Assembly (NCBI GenBank): GCA_044226015.1
Contig: JBGAHS010000001.1
Span: 288,001 to 352,000 of the forward strand
From: Candidatus Obscuribacteraceae bacterium
GTDB lineage: Bacteria; Cyanobacteriota; Vampirovibrionia; Obscuribacterales; Obscuribacteraceae
Length of the DNA: 64,000 nt
Direction of reading: 5' to 3'
The position numbers and the translations under genes were made by a program. Of this stretch, positions 1 through 13,400 are shown one piece after another (the stretch's first letter is position 1; each line of letters opens with the position of its first letter). The notes beneath the pieces are model-generated. The model ran no database searches. It was given only the letters and a program-made list of their open reading frames with translations, and was not told the origin of the DNA.

Positions 1-142
1 TTTGTCCTGGTACCGAAGATACCATCATATGTTTTACTGTAAATGTGGCGCTAGAATGCTTGGTGTCAATATCCCAATCATTGGACGCATAAGCTGCTGT
101 TCCGATGCCAAAAGCGGCAAGCAAACAAATAAGTTGTTTCAT
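1..142 (-). CDS. yceI: YceI-family (polyisoprenoid-binding) exported protein, 5' part only; runs off the window edge
   Basis: Not in the ORF track. Manual translation from ATG at 142 gives MKQLICLLAAFGIGTAAYASNDWDIDTKHSSATFTVKHMMVSSVPGQ, a signal peptide plus the YceI N-terminal pattern W-x-ID-xx-HS-xx-F-x-V-x-HM. AAGGA RBS upstream. Confidence 0.85.
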   Translation of the reverse strand, partial: MKQLICLLAAFGIGTAAYASNDWDIDTKHSSATFTVKHMMVSSVPGQ

Positions 143-155
143 TTCGGTTGGTCCT

Positions 156-806
156 TTATTGCTTGTATTTCACTGAGCAGCCCATCGCTTTTGAGCTTGC
201 TATGCTGATGGGCTTCTTAGCAAGAAGCTCATCGAGTGCCTTTTGAACGTAATTGACATTTACTTTTTCAGTTGAGTCTGCTGTCTGATTGTCATCGACT
301 GCTCCGGAATAAGCTAACTCACCCTTCTCATTAACGATGAACATATCAGGGGTGCAAGTGGCTCCATACGCGTGTCCAGCGCTTCCGTCTGGGTCCATGA
401 GATAGGCTGTTGGACTTGCATTGTTTTGCTTCATGAGTTCATTGATTTTTGCGGCTGAATAATTTCCCTGCCGTCCTTCAGCTGATGAACAGATTGAAAA
501 CCAGAGCACGCCTTTTCCGGTGTAGGTTTTCTGAAGCTTTTGCATAGCGCCGGTGGAATATTGGCGTTTTACAAATGGGCAATCGTAATTTGTCCATTCC
601 AAAACGACAATTTTTCCTTTGCCTTCTTCAAGTGAATGTTTCTTGCCATTTGAATCGGTCAAATTGAACGTGGGGGCCGTTTTCCCTAAGGCTGCTGCAG
701 CGTTTTCTGCTGCTAGCACAGGATTTATCGAGCTGGATGCCAGTGGAAAAGACAAAACGCTAAGCAACAAAGCTGCGCCTGTTTTCGCCCAGAGTTTTCT
801 GTTCAT
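156..806 (-). CDS. Exported thioredoxin-fold/redoxin (AhpC/TSA-like) protein
   Basis: Signal peptide from MNRKLW (ATG 806); APTFNLTDSNGKKHSL, VVLEWTNYDCPFV, YGATCTPDMF, YSGAVDD and C-terminal GCSVKY. Confidence 0.85.
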   Translation of the reverse strand: MNRKLWAKTGAALLLSVLSFPLASSSINPVLAAENAAAALGKTAPTFNLTDSNGKKHSLEEGKGKIVVLEWTNYDCPFVKRQYSTGAMQKLQKTYTGKGVLWFSICSSAEGRQGNYSAAKINELMKQNNASPTAYLMDPDGSAGHAYGATCTPDMFIVNEKGELAYSGAVDDNQTADSTEKVNVNYVQKALDELLAKKPISIASSKAMGCSVKYKQ

Positions 807-1992
807 AGATGATCCTCTTAATTGCAGGTGCATAAGTCTATAACGAAACTCATCTCCGTTCGTTAAGTCAGGCATTTTGGGAACTGATGGATTCCAATAA
901 GTGAACTTGTAGACGCTACTAAGTCAGCGATGTTTCAAGTAATTTTGTCCATGAGTCAACATTGCATTTTGTGAAGTCCTGCATATCCTGCTTATTGGTG
1001 AGGTGTCTAGATTCTTAGGGTGATATTGTGCTGAGCGTGAGATTCCTTGGAATGCTCGAGTTTGCTTGGAGCGACCGGGCTGGCTTCCATATTACAAATT
1101 CTGCTATCGCTGGAGGTGGGGGCGTCCACAATTATTGGGGCTGCTCTTTCTTCTTGATTTTCTTCGTAACGTGCAGTCGAAGTTCTATTTCTGATCTCGG
1201 GCTAAGATTTCAGTCCCTATGGATCTGATTTTCAGTCCTGAGATCTCATTTCAAAAACAATAAAAGGATGCTAGTTGTTTTGTTTTTCTAGTGACTTTGT
1301 TTTTGGTTTTGCGTGAATTTTGAACGATTTCGAGTGATTTTCGAATGACTTGGTTTTGATTTCGAACGATTTGAGTGATATTCGAACGATTCAGTTTCTG
1401 ATAAAGCATCAGGAATTCCCTACCTTTATTATTTTAGTGTTTCAATGCTGGCTTGCGTTACATCGCGAGTTGTTGCACCGCAGGTGGTGCGAGGCTGTTT
1501 CTGTTGAGATTCTCGCGATTCCCATCAGCAGTGGCTTTTGGCGTGATGTATTAAAGAAGCGGCATCTCTCTCTTAAGTTTTCCGCTTGTCGACCCCTCGT
1601 GCCATTCATGCAGGTCAGCTTCTGAAGCGCTTCTCATAGAGGCGTGATCTCTAATTCCTATATATAAGGAAAATGGAGCGCAAAGACGGGTGCGTTTCAG
1701 TTTGCTTGTGGAGCTATCGTGCGCGGCTTCTGGACTCGGTTCCAGCAGAGCAAAATTCCGTCTGCCCAATACGGTGTCGAATAATATTCGAGGCACAGGC
1801 AATTCGTGTTGTGAAGCAGTCGTCAGCAAACCCGCATACTCGGCTGCTCTAGCTCTGGTGGCTTGAATCCTTTGCTGTGATGGAAGTGCCACCATTCTGA
1901 GCCGGCGATCATTTTTCCAAATCGCATTCTTTATATAGAATGGCTTCGAATCAGGCACTTTAGCGATGTTTGTTTATATAAGGAAACATCTA

Positions 1993-2022
1993 TTGTGCAT
2001 TAGTGATTAGCTCTAATACAAT
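1993..2022 (+). promoter_or_regulatory. Putative sigma70-type promoter for the tRNA-23S-5S unit
   Basis: TTGTGC (1993-1998), 18-nt spacer, TACAAT (2017-2022), 11 nt before tRNA-Ile. Confidence 0.5.
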
Positions 2023-2033
2023 ATTTCTTCTGC

Positions 2034-2107
2034 GGGCTATTAGCTCAGGTGGCTAGAGCGCACCCCTGATAAGGGTGAGGTCCCTGGTTCGAGTCCAGGA
2101 TGGCCCA
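2034..2107 (+). tRNA. trnI: tRNA-Ile(GAT)
   Basis: GGGCTATTAGCTCAG...CCCCT-GAT-AAGGG...GGTTCGAGTCC...TGGCCCA cloverleaf; CCA not encoded. Confidence 0.97.
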
Positions 2108-2226
2108 GGTTTCTACTCCGATCATTGGATTTTCGGAACCAAGTCTGAAGGAAATGCTAAAGCATTCTGAACGGCGAGAAAAACGAAAACGAATGTGGTA
2201 AAACTAAAAGGAGTGGAAGCGGTGTT

Positions 2227-2302
2227 GGGGGCTTGGCTCAGTTGGTAGAGCGTCTCGTTTGCACCGAGAAGGTCAGCGGTTCGAATCCGCTAGCCTCCAC
2301 CA
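2227..2302 (+). tRNA. trnA: tRNA-Ala(TGC)
   Basis: GGGGGCT/AGCCTCC acceptor stem with the G3:U70 identity pair, TGC anticodon, TTCGAA T-loop, encoded CCA. Confidence 0.97.
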
Positions 2303-2461
2303 ATTCAAAACGCCAAATGAAATGGCTAAGTCACAATTCATAACACGAATGTGGAAATGCTAAATCGAATCTGGTAGTATTGATATTCCGCGGTGAACGA
2401 AAGAGTAATTCGAAAGTTCATTCGCAAGCGGCAAATCCAAGAGCCGTGTAAATCTTGGTCC

Positions 2462-2491
2462 GTACCCTGAAAACTGCATATTGAGAAGTAA
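2462..2491 (+). promoter_or_regulatory. boxA-like element and 5' arm of the 23S processing stem
   Basis: GTACCCTGAAAACTGCATATTGAGAAGTAA is largely complementary to TTACTTCTCGTATGCAGTCTTCAGGGTAC (5581-5609) after the 23S; it resembles the cyanobacterial ITS boxA/D4. Confidence 0.7.
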
Positions 2492-2582
2492 AGATAAAAC
2501 GAAAGTCTGTATCTCATCAGAAGGCTTTCAGGCGATGACTCACCGGAGACTTAGTAATCCCGGATGAAGAGCCTGAGAAGCT

Positions 2583-5553
<2,971 letters not shown>

Positions 5554-5639
5554 AGTTATTTGATGAAATACCTTTCGAACTTACTTCTCGTATGCAGTCT
5601 TCAGGGTACTGGTTCTATAACCAGTAAACCCTAACGGTT

Positions 5640-5756
5640 TCTTGGTACCCATGCGACTGGAACACACCCGTTCCCATCCCGAACACGAAGGTAAAGACGG
5701 TCAGCAGCGACAATACTTGGTGGGTGACCGCCCGGAAAGATAGCCCGGTGCCAGGA
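5640..5756 (+). rRNA. rrf: 5S ribosomal RNA
   Basis: TCTTGGT.../...GCCAGGA terminal helix, CACCCGTTCCCATCCCGAACACG core, ~117 nt, directly after the 23S. Confidence 0.93.
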
Positions 5757-5762
5757 TCTATG

Positions 5763-5800
5763 AAGCCCTTGAGTTAATAGCTCAAGGGCTTTTATTTTTT
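5763..5800 (+). terminator. Intrinsic terminator of the rRNA unit
   Basis: AAGCCCTTGAG-ttaatag-CTCAAGGGCTT followed by a T tract. Confidence 0.9.
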
Positions 5801-5924
5801 GTACTTTTATTCAATCTCCCAAGGTCGGCTTAGCAGGCAGCTTCCGACTTGGACTTTACTGTTTACTTGGACTTTACGGTTTGCTCAATCCTTTCATATT
5901 GACTCGTCCGAGCCACAGGTAATT

Positions 5925-6150
5925 AAGTTTGGCTTGTTGATTGGTGGGTTTGGTTTGGGCTGTTTGATTGGCTCGTCGATTGACTTTGGTGGGCTTGTTG
6001 ATTGGGCTTTCGATTTTCTTGTTGGTTAGATTGGCTTGTTGATTGGCTGGTTAGATTGGCTTATCGGTGGGGTTGTTGATTGGGCTTTCGATTTTCTTGT
6101 TGGTTAGATTGGCTTGTTGATTGGCTTATCGGTGGGGTTGTTTGATTGGC
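5925..6150. repeat. G/T-rich low-complexity repeat tract (TTGATTGG/GGCT units, ~50-bp duplication)
   Basis: TTGTTGATTGGGCTTTCGATTTTCTTGTTGGTTAGATTGGCTTGTTGATTGGCT occurs twice, plus many shorter variants. Confidence 0.75.
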
Positions 6151-6295
6151 TTGTGCACCACTCCTGGTGTCTATCGGGCGACTCTTTGCGGTATTGGCAC
6201 TTGCCCGTAAACTCATGCAGCCCGTGGTTTTACGATATCGAACATTCATATTTGCAGTTACGTTAATTTCGATTAGTCACTGGGGACCTAATGAA

Positions 6296-7099
6296 ATGAT
6301 GCAGACTTGCACAGAAAAAATATCGCAACTCGCGCTCAACATCGAGCAGACCCATTATGCAAATGCTATTTGTTATTCTGAAATAAATGCAACGAGTCTC
6401 TGGCAGACTCATTCGATGCGCGGCTCTAAGTCGACTTCTTCTGTTGATTGGTTGAATTCTGTCTTCACTTACAATTGCCCTGGTGGTGTGCCTCAAACCG
6501 AGCTCATGGAGCTGGTCGATCGATTTGGTTCAGAGGCTTTCACCTGGTTTGTTGGCGTTCTGACCGAGCAACCGGAATTAGTGCGTAAATCATTGTTGGA
6601 CTTCGGTTTTGAGTTCAGGGGATCGCACGTTTGCATGTCCTTGTCGCAAGATAATCTTTGTGATGCGCCTGACCCGGAAGATTTTGAAGTGGTCTGTCTG
6701 ACTGAACCTCGGCAGGTAACTGATTGGTTGCTACCTACCAAAATTTCGTTTGAATTCACACCAGAATCAAACATGTGCCTTGATGCGTTTGTTAGATCTG
6801 ATTTTAATACTCAACACGAAGTTCGTTTTATCGGGTACTACAAAGGACAAGCAGTCAGCGCTTGTAGCTATTTTGTGCACAATGATCAGGTGAATATCTA
6901 TTGGGTTGGAACTTTGCCAGAATATCGTAATCGCGGGTTTGCTCGGAAAGTTGTGGAGACTGCGGCCAAACATGCTTTCAAGCGATTCAGTTCGCCTATC
7001 GGGCTTTATGCAACCGAGATGGGGGCGCCCGTTTACCGAGCGATTGGCTTTGAACCTTTGTATAGCCAGGAACATTTCTTGTACACACCGCAAAAGTAG
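6296..7099 (+). CDS. GNAT-family N-acetyltransferase
   Basis: C-terminal motif A VGTLPEYRNRGFA and motif B LYATEMGAPVYRAIGF. Start moved to MMQTC; the upstream extension runs through the repeat tract. Confidence 0.85.
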   Translation: MMQTCTEKISQLALNIEQTHYANAICYSEINATSLWQTHSMRGSKSTSSVDWLNSVFTYNCPGGVPQTELMELVDRFGSEAFTWFVGVLTEQPELVRKSLLDFGFEFRGSHVCMSLSQDNLCDAPDPEDFEVVCLTEPRQVTDWLLPTKISFEFTPESNMCLDAFVRSDFNTQHEVRFIGYYKGQAVSACSYFVHNDQVNIYWVGTLPEYRNRGFARKVVETAAKHAFKRFSSPIGLYATEMGAPVYRAIGFEPLYSQEHFLYTPQK

Positions 7100-7117
7100 C
7101 GCGCAGGAAGCCACTAT

Positions 7118-7480
7118 TGAGAACTATGAGGATCTCAACAGGAGTCTTGTGGAAACTGAATCGTTAACGATTTAGTTTTTGCGGAAGGGACTGAGAACTG
7201 TGAGGATCTCAACAGGAGTCTTGTAGAGACTGAATCGTTAACGATTTAGTTTTGGGCTGAGCGTTCGAGGATCTCAATAGGAGCCTTGTGGGAACTGAAT
7301 CGTTAACGATTTAGTTTTTGCGGAAGGGACTGAGAACTGTGAGGATCTCAACAGGAGTCTTGTAGAGACTGAATCGTTAACGATTTAGTTTTTTGCGGAA
7401 GGGGCTGAGAATTCGAGGATCTCAATAGGAGCTTTGTGGAAACTGAATCGTTAACGATTTAGTTTTTTTGCGGAAGGGGT
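7118..7480. repeat. Tandem array of five ~65-74-bp units, each with the 14-bp palindrome AATCGTTAACGATT
   Basis: Palindromes start at 7159, 7233, 7298, 7372 and 7446. GAGGATCTCAA(C/T)AGGAG is also in every unit. There are no unique spacers. Confidence 0.92.
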
Positions 7481-7716
7481 CAATTTGAGGAAGTCTCAAT
7501 AGATCAGAATCGCTGAAAGCGGGATCGCTCCTTGCCGATTGCGTGCATTTCTTACCCTGCAGCAACTGTTACTGTTCGTCCCCACAATTCGACGAACACT
7601 GCCTTTATCTGCCGTTAAAAACTTCAAGCTTAATCTGATGTTCCAAAACACGGGGGTTTTGTTTTCTGGATGGGCATAAAGATCGCGGGCCGAAGTGCGG
7701 GCTCTTACTATGGCTT

Positions 7717-9135
7717 ATGGGCGGATTGGAAATGGCTGAACCTGCGACAGCGGAACAACAAGGCGCAAACTCACCAGCAAGGCAGTTGCTGGCGGCGCTT
7801 ACGAAGGCTTCTCAAGAAATGGAGAAGTCAGTAGCTGAAACGTACGAATACGTCTCCAAGCTGAATTCCGAGCTGGAGAGAGTGGTTAACTCTGAGCTCT
7901 CTGAAACTGCTGAAAAAACTGAAATGATGTTGCGCGGTCATTTGACAGGAATAACAGCGGAAAAGGAAGAAATTCTCTCGAAACTAACTGAGCTTCGGCA
8001 GGAAGAGTTGAAAGTACTGCAAGGCACTGGACGAGAGCTTCGGCTCGCAATTGTGGAAAAGCTCGATGGGCTGGTGACTCACTTTAAGTCTGATGTCGAT
8101 GAGCATTTGCGCTTGTTTCAAGAGCAACTTGAAAATACCGAGTCGGAAACTTCGTCATCTGTTGAAGCCATCCGAAATTCACTGCGCGAGCAAATTCCGC
8201 AGTTCCTCAAATCAATTGAAGAAGAAGTTGGAAATGAGCAGTCTTCAATGGAAGAGATGCAAACGCATTTTGTTGGCAAGTTGAATCAAGAGTCGACAGT
8301 GAGTTTGACTCAACTGCAAGAGCATGCAAGTGAATTGAAATCACGTTTAGATCAAGAAGGACAGGAGTTTTTGAACTCCGTAGATTTGAGTGCAGATGAT
8401 TTAATTTCAAGACAGACTGCAAAGCTGCAACAGCGCATTGAGTCGTTCTCTCAAATGGAGCAAGTCGCTGATCAACGAATTGCCTCTCTGACAGCCACTG
8501 ATATCAATTACATAAATGAATTGCCTAACACTTTTTCCTCGTCGTCCGAGCAAATGGCTGAATTGCATGTCGGATTGCATGCCACCATAGTCAAAAATCT
8601 TGCCCTCCAATATCGAACAGAGATTTTGTCTGCGGCTCAGGAAGCGGAAGATCAGTTGCAGATAGTTCGTGGCGATTTGCAGTCAATGCTGCGTCATTAT
8701 CAGAATCATTATGCAGAACTATTTTCGAGTTTGCTAAGCAAGTTTGAGAAAGCTTCAAATGAGATGCTCTCCTCGCAGACCGCGTCTCGTGACGATTCTA
8801 AAAATACACAACAAGCCCTGGTTTTAATTCAGGAGCAATTCGGTGGCATCAAGAAAATAGTTTCGGAATGTTCTCGAGACAAGGTTTCTGAAACCGAAAA
8901 CACTATGGAGAAGGCATACGAGGAGTTTCGAGTCAAACTCGATAATGCCAGAAAAAATGCTGCAGACAAAGTTGAAAGCAGTTTCAAACAGAGCCAGGAT
9001 GAGCTTGGAAAGATGCAGCAGCACAATGAAGACAATCTGCAAGAGATGAGTATGAAGATCGATGAACTTGAACAAGCAATAAATGAGGCTAAAGAACTCA
9101 TCAAAGCTCTTGATCAAGCTAGCCTGGATTTCTAG
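7717..9135 (+). CDS. Acidic all-helical coiled-coil (apolipoprotein-like) protein
   Basis: 472 aa, E/L/Q/S-rich, almost no Pro, no TM segment or signal peptide; alternative start at 7732. Confidence 0.7.
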   Translation: MGGLEMAEPATAEQQGANSPARQLLAALTKASQEMEKSVAETYEYVSKLNSELERVVNSELSETAEKTEMMLRGHLTGITAEKEEILSKLTELRQEELKVLQGTGRELRLAIVEKLDGLVTHFKSDVDEHLRLFQEQLENTESETSSSVEAIRNSLREQIPQFLKSIEEEVGNEQSSMEEMQTHFVGKLNQESTVSLTQLQEHASELKSRLDQEGQEFLNSVDLSADDLISRQTAKLQQRIESFSQMEQVADQRIASLTATDINYINELPNTFSSSSEQMAELHVGLHATIVKNLALQYRTEILSAAQEAEDQLQIVRGDLQSMLRHYQNHYAELFSSLLSKFEKASNEMLSSQTASRDDSKNTQQALVLIQEQFGGIKKIVSECSRDKVSETENTMEKAYEEFRVKLDNARKNAADKVESSFKQSQDELGKMQQHNEDNLQEMSMKIDELEQAINEAKELIKALDQASLDF

Positions 9136-9144
9136 GAGAGGGAA

Positions 9145-10482
9145 ATGAGCAAAAGTCTGAAGGACATTGTAGAAGAAGGATTTGCAAGGCTCGCGGTTCT
9201 TTCCGAAAAACGGAAAGAACTGTTGTTGCGTTGTGAGGAATTAGCAGATGGCTCCTCAAGCCCTCAATGTAAACAAGGCTTGAATAAACTTGGTGCTACA
9301 GAAGTTACTTATAGCCAGGAAATTTCGGCTCATGTCGACCGCTCCCAAGAAGTTCTTCAACAAACCCTAGCTCAGATTGTTGAAGATAATGAACGCTTTC
9401 TAGCAAGTGTCAAAGAAAACCTGCATCTGCGCATAACTCGCGTGTTGAGGGAACTTGAGCGCTCAAGAGACTGGCTTATTGCGGGCTCTACTGAGAAGTA
9501 TGAGTCATTGATCATGCCGCTCGAAAGAGAAATGGAAGCGGGAAAAACAGATCTGCGATTTCAAGCTGTTAAGTTACTTGGCGAATTGGAGGCCTCGTGC
9601 AAGCGCAGCCAATCAGCTTTGAATGAATCTCAAGCGGAAATCGCTGGACGATTGTCTAGTAGTGAGCATGAACTAATCGGAATGCTTGGTTCCGACTTCG
9701 GAACTCTGGTTCAAGAGTCGGAAAAGAGACGCGGACTTGTGACTGAATCACTCGAAATGCTTTACAAGCAACAAAGTGAACAGATGACCAATTTGACAGC
9801 AGAGATGGACCAACGCATTTCTCTAGTGGTGGCAAAAAAGTTGGAGGCCGTCAGGGAGTTAGGCAGTTCAACTGAATCAACTCTTGATCAGATTCGTGAT
9901 CGTGTACTGTCTGCGGCGGCAGCCGAAATTGCTGCATCCAGCCAGGAGTCCTTTTCAGAGCTGGAAGTAAGCTACGAATACAGCCACCAGGACCTTTCAG
10001 AGAAACTACAAGAACTTCGTGTACAAACAAATGAAATGCTAGTTCAGGTCAAACAGTTTTTGGATGAACTAGAAAGCAGCATCAGGACAAACGCAGAAAC
10101 CATTGATTCTGAACTGCGCAGCCGACCACCTGTCGACCCCGTGAGCACTCTTTCTCTGCGCAACCCTGTTGAGGAAACAATAAAACAACTCAGCCGTGAA
10201 GCTGACTCAGTAGCAGTTGATTTCAAAAGACAGATGAATGAACTCGTCAAAATTCAATCTGACCGCCTCTCCAATCTTTGTGCATCTGCAGAAACTTCTC
10301 TTTCTGCTGCTACCCTGGCATTGAATACCGAATTGAAACAGATGACTAGACTTCACGATCAGACGTGGACTGAGCGTGAGCTAGAACTGACAAACCGTCT
10401 CCGCAAGCTGGAGAAGGAAGCAAGTGAAACCTATGCTCTTGTAGGTGATGGATCCGCAGATAGCTCAGATGGGAGCGTTTAA
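9145..10482 (+). CDS. Acidic all-helical coiled-coil protein
   Basis: 445 aa with similar composition; AGGAG RBS; 9 bp after the previous gene. Confidence 0.7.
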   Translation: MSKSLKDIVEEGFARLAVLSEKRKELLLRCEELADGSSSPQCKQGLNKLGATEVTYSQEISAHVDRSQEVLQQTLAQIVEDNERFLASVKENLHLRITRVLRELERSRDWLIAGSTEKYESLIMPLEREMEAGKTDLRFQAVKLLGELEASCKRSQSALNESQAEIAGRLSSSEHELIGMLGSDFGTLVQESEKRRGLVTESLEMLYKQQSEQMTNLTAEMDQRISLVVAKKLEAVRELGSSTESTLDQIRDRVLSAAAAEIAASSQESFSELEVSYEYSHQDLSEKLQELRVQTNEMLVQVKQFLDELESSIRTNAETIDSELRSRPPVDPVSTLSLRNPVEETIKQLSREADSVAVDFKRQMNELVKIQSDRLSNLCASAETSLSAATLALNTELKQMTRLHDQTWTERELELTNRLRKLEKEASETYALVGDGSADSSDGSV

Positions 10483-10484
10483 AG

Positions 10485-13400
10485 ATGAGTCTTTTGCCGT
10501 TGCAACTTAATTTGCCGATGCAGCAACTACGCAAATATTTGCGGTTGTATTTGTCAAGCTCGGAGCAGTCTGTCGATGATTGGTCCTCCGCTGAAACCGG
10601 GACTGTGAAAATCGGCGACGTATACACGCTCTTTAAGCCAGCCAGGCTCTTTGCTGATAACGAAGATATGTCAGAGTTGCAGGTCGACGGAGTAGCTGTT
10701 GTCTTTAGAGAAGATGCTGGCTTTCCCATGAACTATTTCATCGATGAAAATACTTTTGAAATGAGCTTTATGGAAGGGACTCTTTCGCAGAAAGCTTCTG
10801 AGGCAAGAGAGCAAGGACTGTCTTTTTATTGTTTCCACTCTACTTTGGCTCGCCCTCTTTCTACGGAGGCGGGCACCGCTATTGGTGGCATGCACAAATG
10901 GGGTGGCTCTGGCGACAGGCTAAAAGCTCCTCATGGCTTACCTGAGCCTCTTTATTTCTTTTTGACTTCTTTAGGTCTTGCCGTGGAGCCTACTTTGGCT
11001 CGGGAAGCATTGCCCATAAATGAGTTTGTTTTATCCTTGTGGAATCCGAGAGAACTCTCCGCTACCAGCAGAGCCCCTAATGCTTCTGAGTTTTTTGTCC
11101 CTGTTGATGCCGCTGGACAGCCTGTATATGATGGATTCGCCGCAGGCAGCCCTGTTGTTTCAGAGCCCGAAGCTGTGGAAGTTCAATCTGCCGTTGATTA
11201 TGGCGCGATGTCGTTCTCTGCTTTGCTTGATGATCTTTCGACTGTTCCAGGCGCTGCTGATACCGGTAATGGTGGCAATGGCGCACCTGCGGCTGAACCA
11301 GTGAATTCGGCTCCGCCTGCTGAAACAACAGAACAAAGCAGCTTAAGTGCATTGCTGGAAAAAGTTTCTGGGGTGAGCAGCCAGATTCCTCCGACGGCTC
11401 CAAGTGTGAGCCCGAACGCCGAGTCGGAAGATGAAGATGAATCACTCGACCTTTCGAAACTGGAGAACGCGCTAAAAGACCTTGTCACGAATCAATCGCA
11501 GCCAGTGAAAGCTGTGCCTCCAGAAGTCGTAAAGCCAGCGGAAAGCAAGCCCGTGCGGAAGGGACAACTCGGACCTCAATTTGAAGATTCCGAGGGAGCC
11601 TGGGAGATGCTCAAGGCTAAACCGAAGGATGAATTCACAGAAGGCAGCCCGTCAACACCGTTGCCATTTGCCCTGAATGTACAGGCTGCTGAAGCTGGAC
11701 CGGAACTCACTGATGAACTTGATTTCTCCGCTGCTCTTGCCGCCGAGCTGAATCAGGAAGTTAACCTGTCTTTGCCTGGTGCTGAGGAAGAAAAAGCATC
11801 AGTCACAAAAGGAATGGAACCTTGGCCGAGCGACTTTGCAGCAGCTTTGAAGGCGGACTTAGCCGCTGAAGAACCACCCGCGGCTGCCCCAGCTACAAAA
11901 GGAATGGAACCTTGGCCAAGCGACTTTGCAGCAGCTCTTAAAGCAGAACTTGCGGCTGACGCACCTGCTGAGAAACCTGCGGCCGCTCCAGGTGCCACAA
12001 AGGGTATGGAACCCTGGCCGTCGGACTTTGCTGCAGCATTGAAAGCTGAACTTTCGGCTCCAGAGTCTAGTTTGAGTTTTGAGCAGGCCGCACAGAATGC
12101 CAGCTCTACTGCAGGCAAAGAATCTGCTGCACAAGGAATGGAACCCTGGCCGTCTGACTTTGCTGCAGCACTGGCAGCTGAGTTAAGTTCTGAGATTAAC
12201 CTTGGTGCGGGTCCAGCGGAAGCTGCTCCTCCAGCGTCAGAACAAGCCCCTGCTGTTTCTCAGCCTGCTGCTGCGTCCGCTGCTGCGCCTGGAACAGTGG
12301 CACCATCACCTGTCGGAGGTGGTACCTTCGCCGGTGGATTGGATTCGCTTCTAACTGCATCGGCTCCCAGCAAACCGAGTGAGGCAATCTCTGCTTTTGA
12401 AGCAAAGAAGGGTGACATCAAAGCGCCCATAAAGAAGGATGATAAGCTTGCAGCTAAACCCGCATCTAAGCTCGATGCAATGGTGACCAAGCAGGGGCTC
12501 AGTCAGACTAACAGTAAACTTCTCGGTGGTGCCGCAGGTGGTGGCTTACTAGCTGGAGCGAAAGCTGAAGCACAGAAGCCGGGAGCTCTCGGCAAACCTA
12601 CTGCCAAACCAGAGTCTAAGCTATCCAGGTTGTCTCAACCTTTAGAGGGTCAACAAGACCCAATTGAGAATGCAGCAGAAGCAACAGAGGCGGTTAATGC
12701 CGCTCCTGCAGAGGAGGTTTCTGCTCCTACAGCCTCAGCTCCAGCTCCGGCTCAAGCTCCAAATTTGACTCCTGGATTTTTCGCAGCGTCCGCTCTGGCA
12801 TCCGAATTGGATGACAGCAATAGCGCCGCTGAATCAGACTCTCCGCCTGCTGCTCACGCCGCAGCCAGTGGTGCCGCCGTTGGAGAAATTCCGTCGTTCT
12901 TACTTTCAAACAATTCGATGTCGTTCGCTGCCGCAGATACATCTTCTGAAGCACCAGATATTCCTTCGTTTTTGTTGCCCCAGAGCACTGAAGCGGTGCC
13001 ATCAGGTGCGGTGCCATCGGGTGCGGTGCCTGCGGTGCCATCAGGTGTAGTGCCGTCAGGTGCGGTGCCATCAGGGGCGGTGTCATCAGCTGCGGTGCCT
13101 GGTGAATCTGTTCATAATCCTCAAGACTCCATCGAAACACCAGCGTTCATTCCCGAAACTTCTTTGGCTGCTGAAACGGCAGCAGATGTGTATAGTGAAG
13201 CTTCAGTCGCGGGTGTTGATGCTGTAGAAGTCAGCCCTGAAGCTCTTGGCGAATTAAGTATGGGTGCCGCAGCAGGCGAATTCATTGGCGAGACAACCGC
13301 GCCTACAACACCGGAACTTGGTGCGAATTTCGCAGAGCAATTGGTTTCCGAACTGGGCTTTAATGATGCGCTAAATCAGGCGCCCGCAAGCGATGACCAG

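Noticed and set aside
1028..1958. Short ORFs (66-135 aa) upstream of tRNA-Ile
   Set aside because: No recognisable motifs or RBS, and the DNA is low-complexity; probably non-coding.
5799..6295. ORFs in the G/T-rich tract and the long N-terminal extension of the GNAT gene
   Set aside because: They are translations of simple repeats with biased composition.
7118..7480. CRISPR array
   Set aside because: Sequences between the palindromes are themselves repeated rather than unique spacers, and there are no cas genes in the window.
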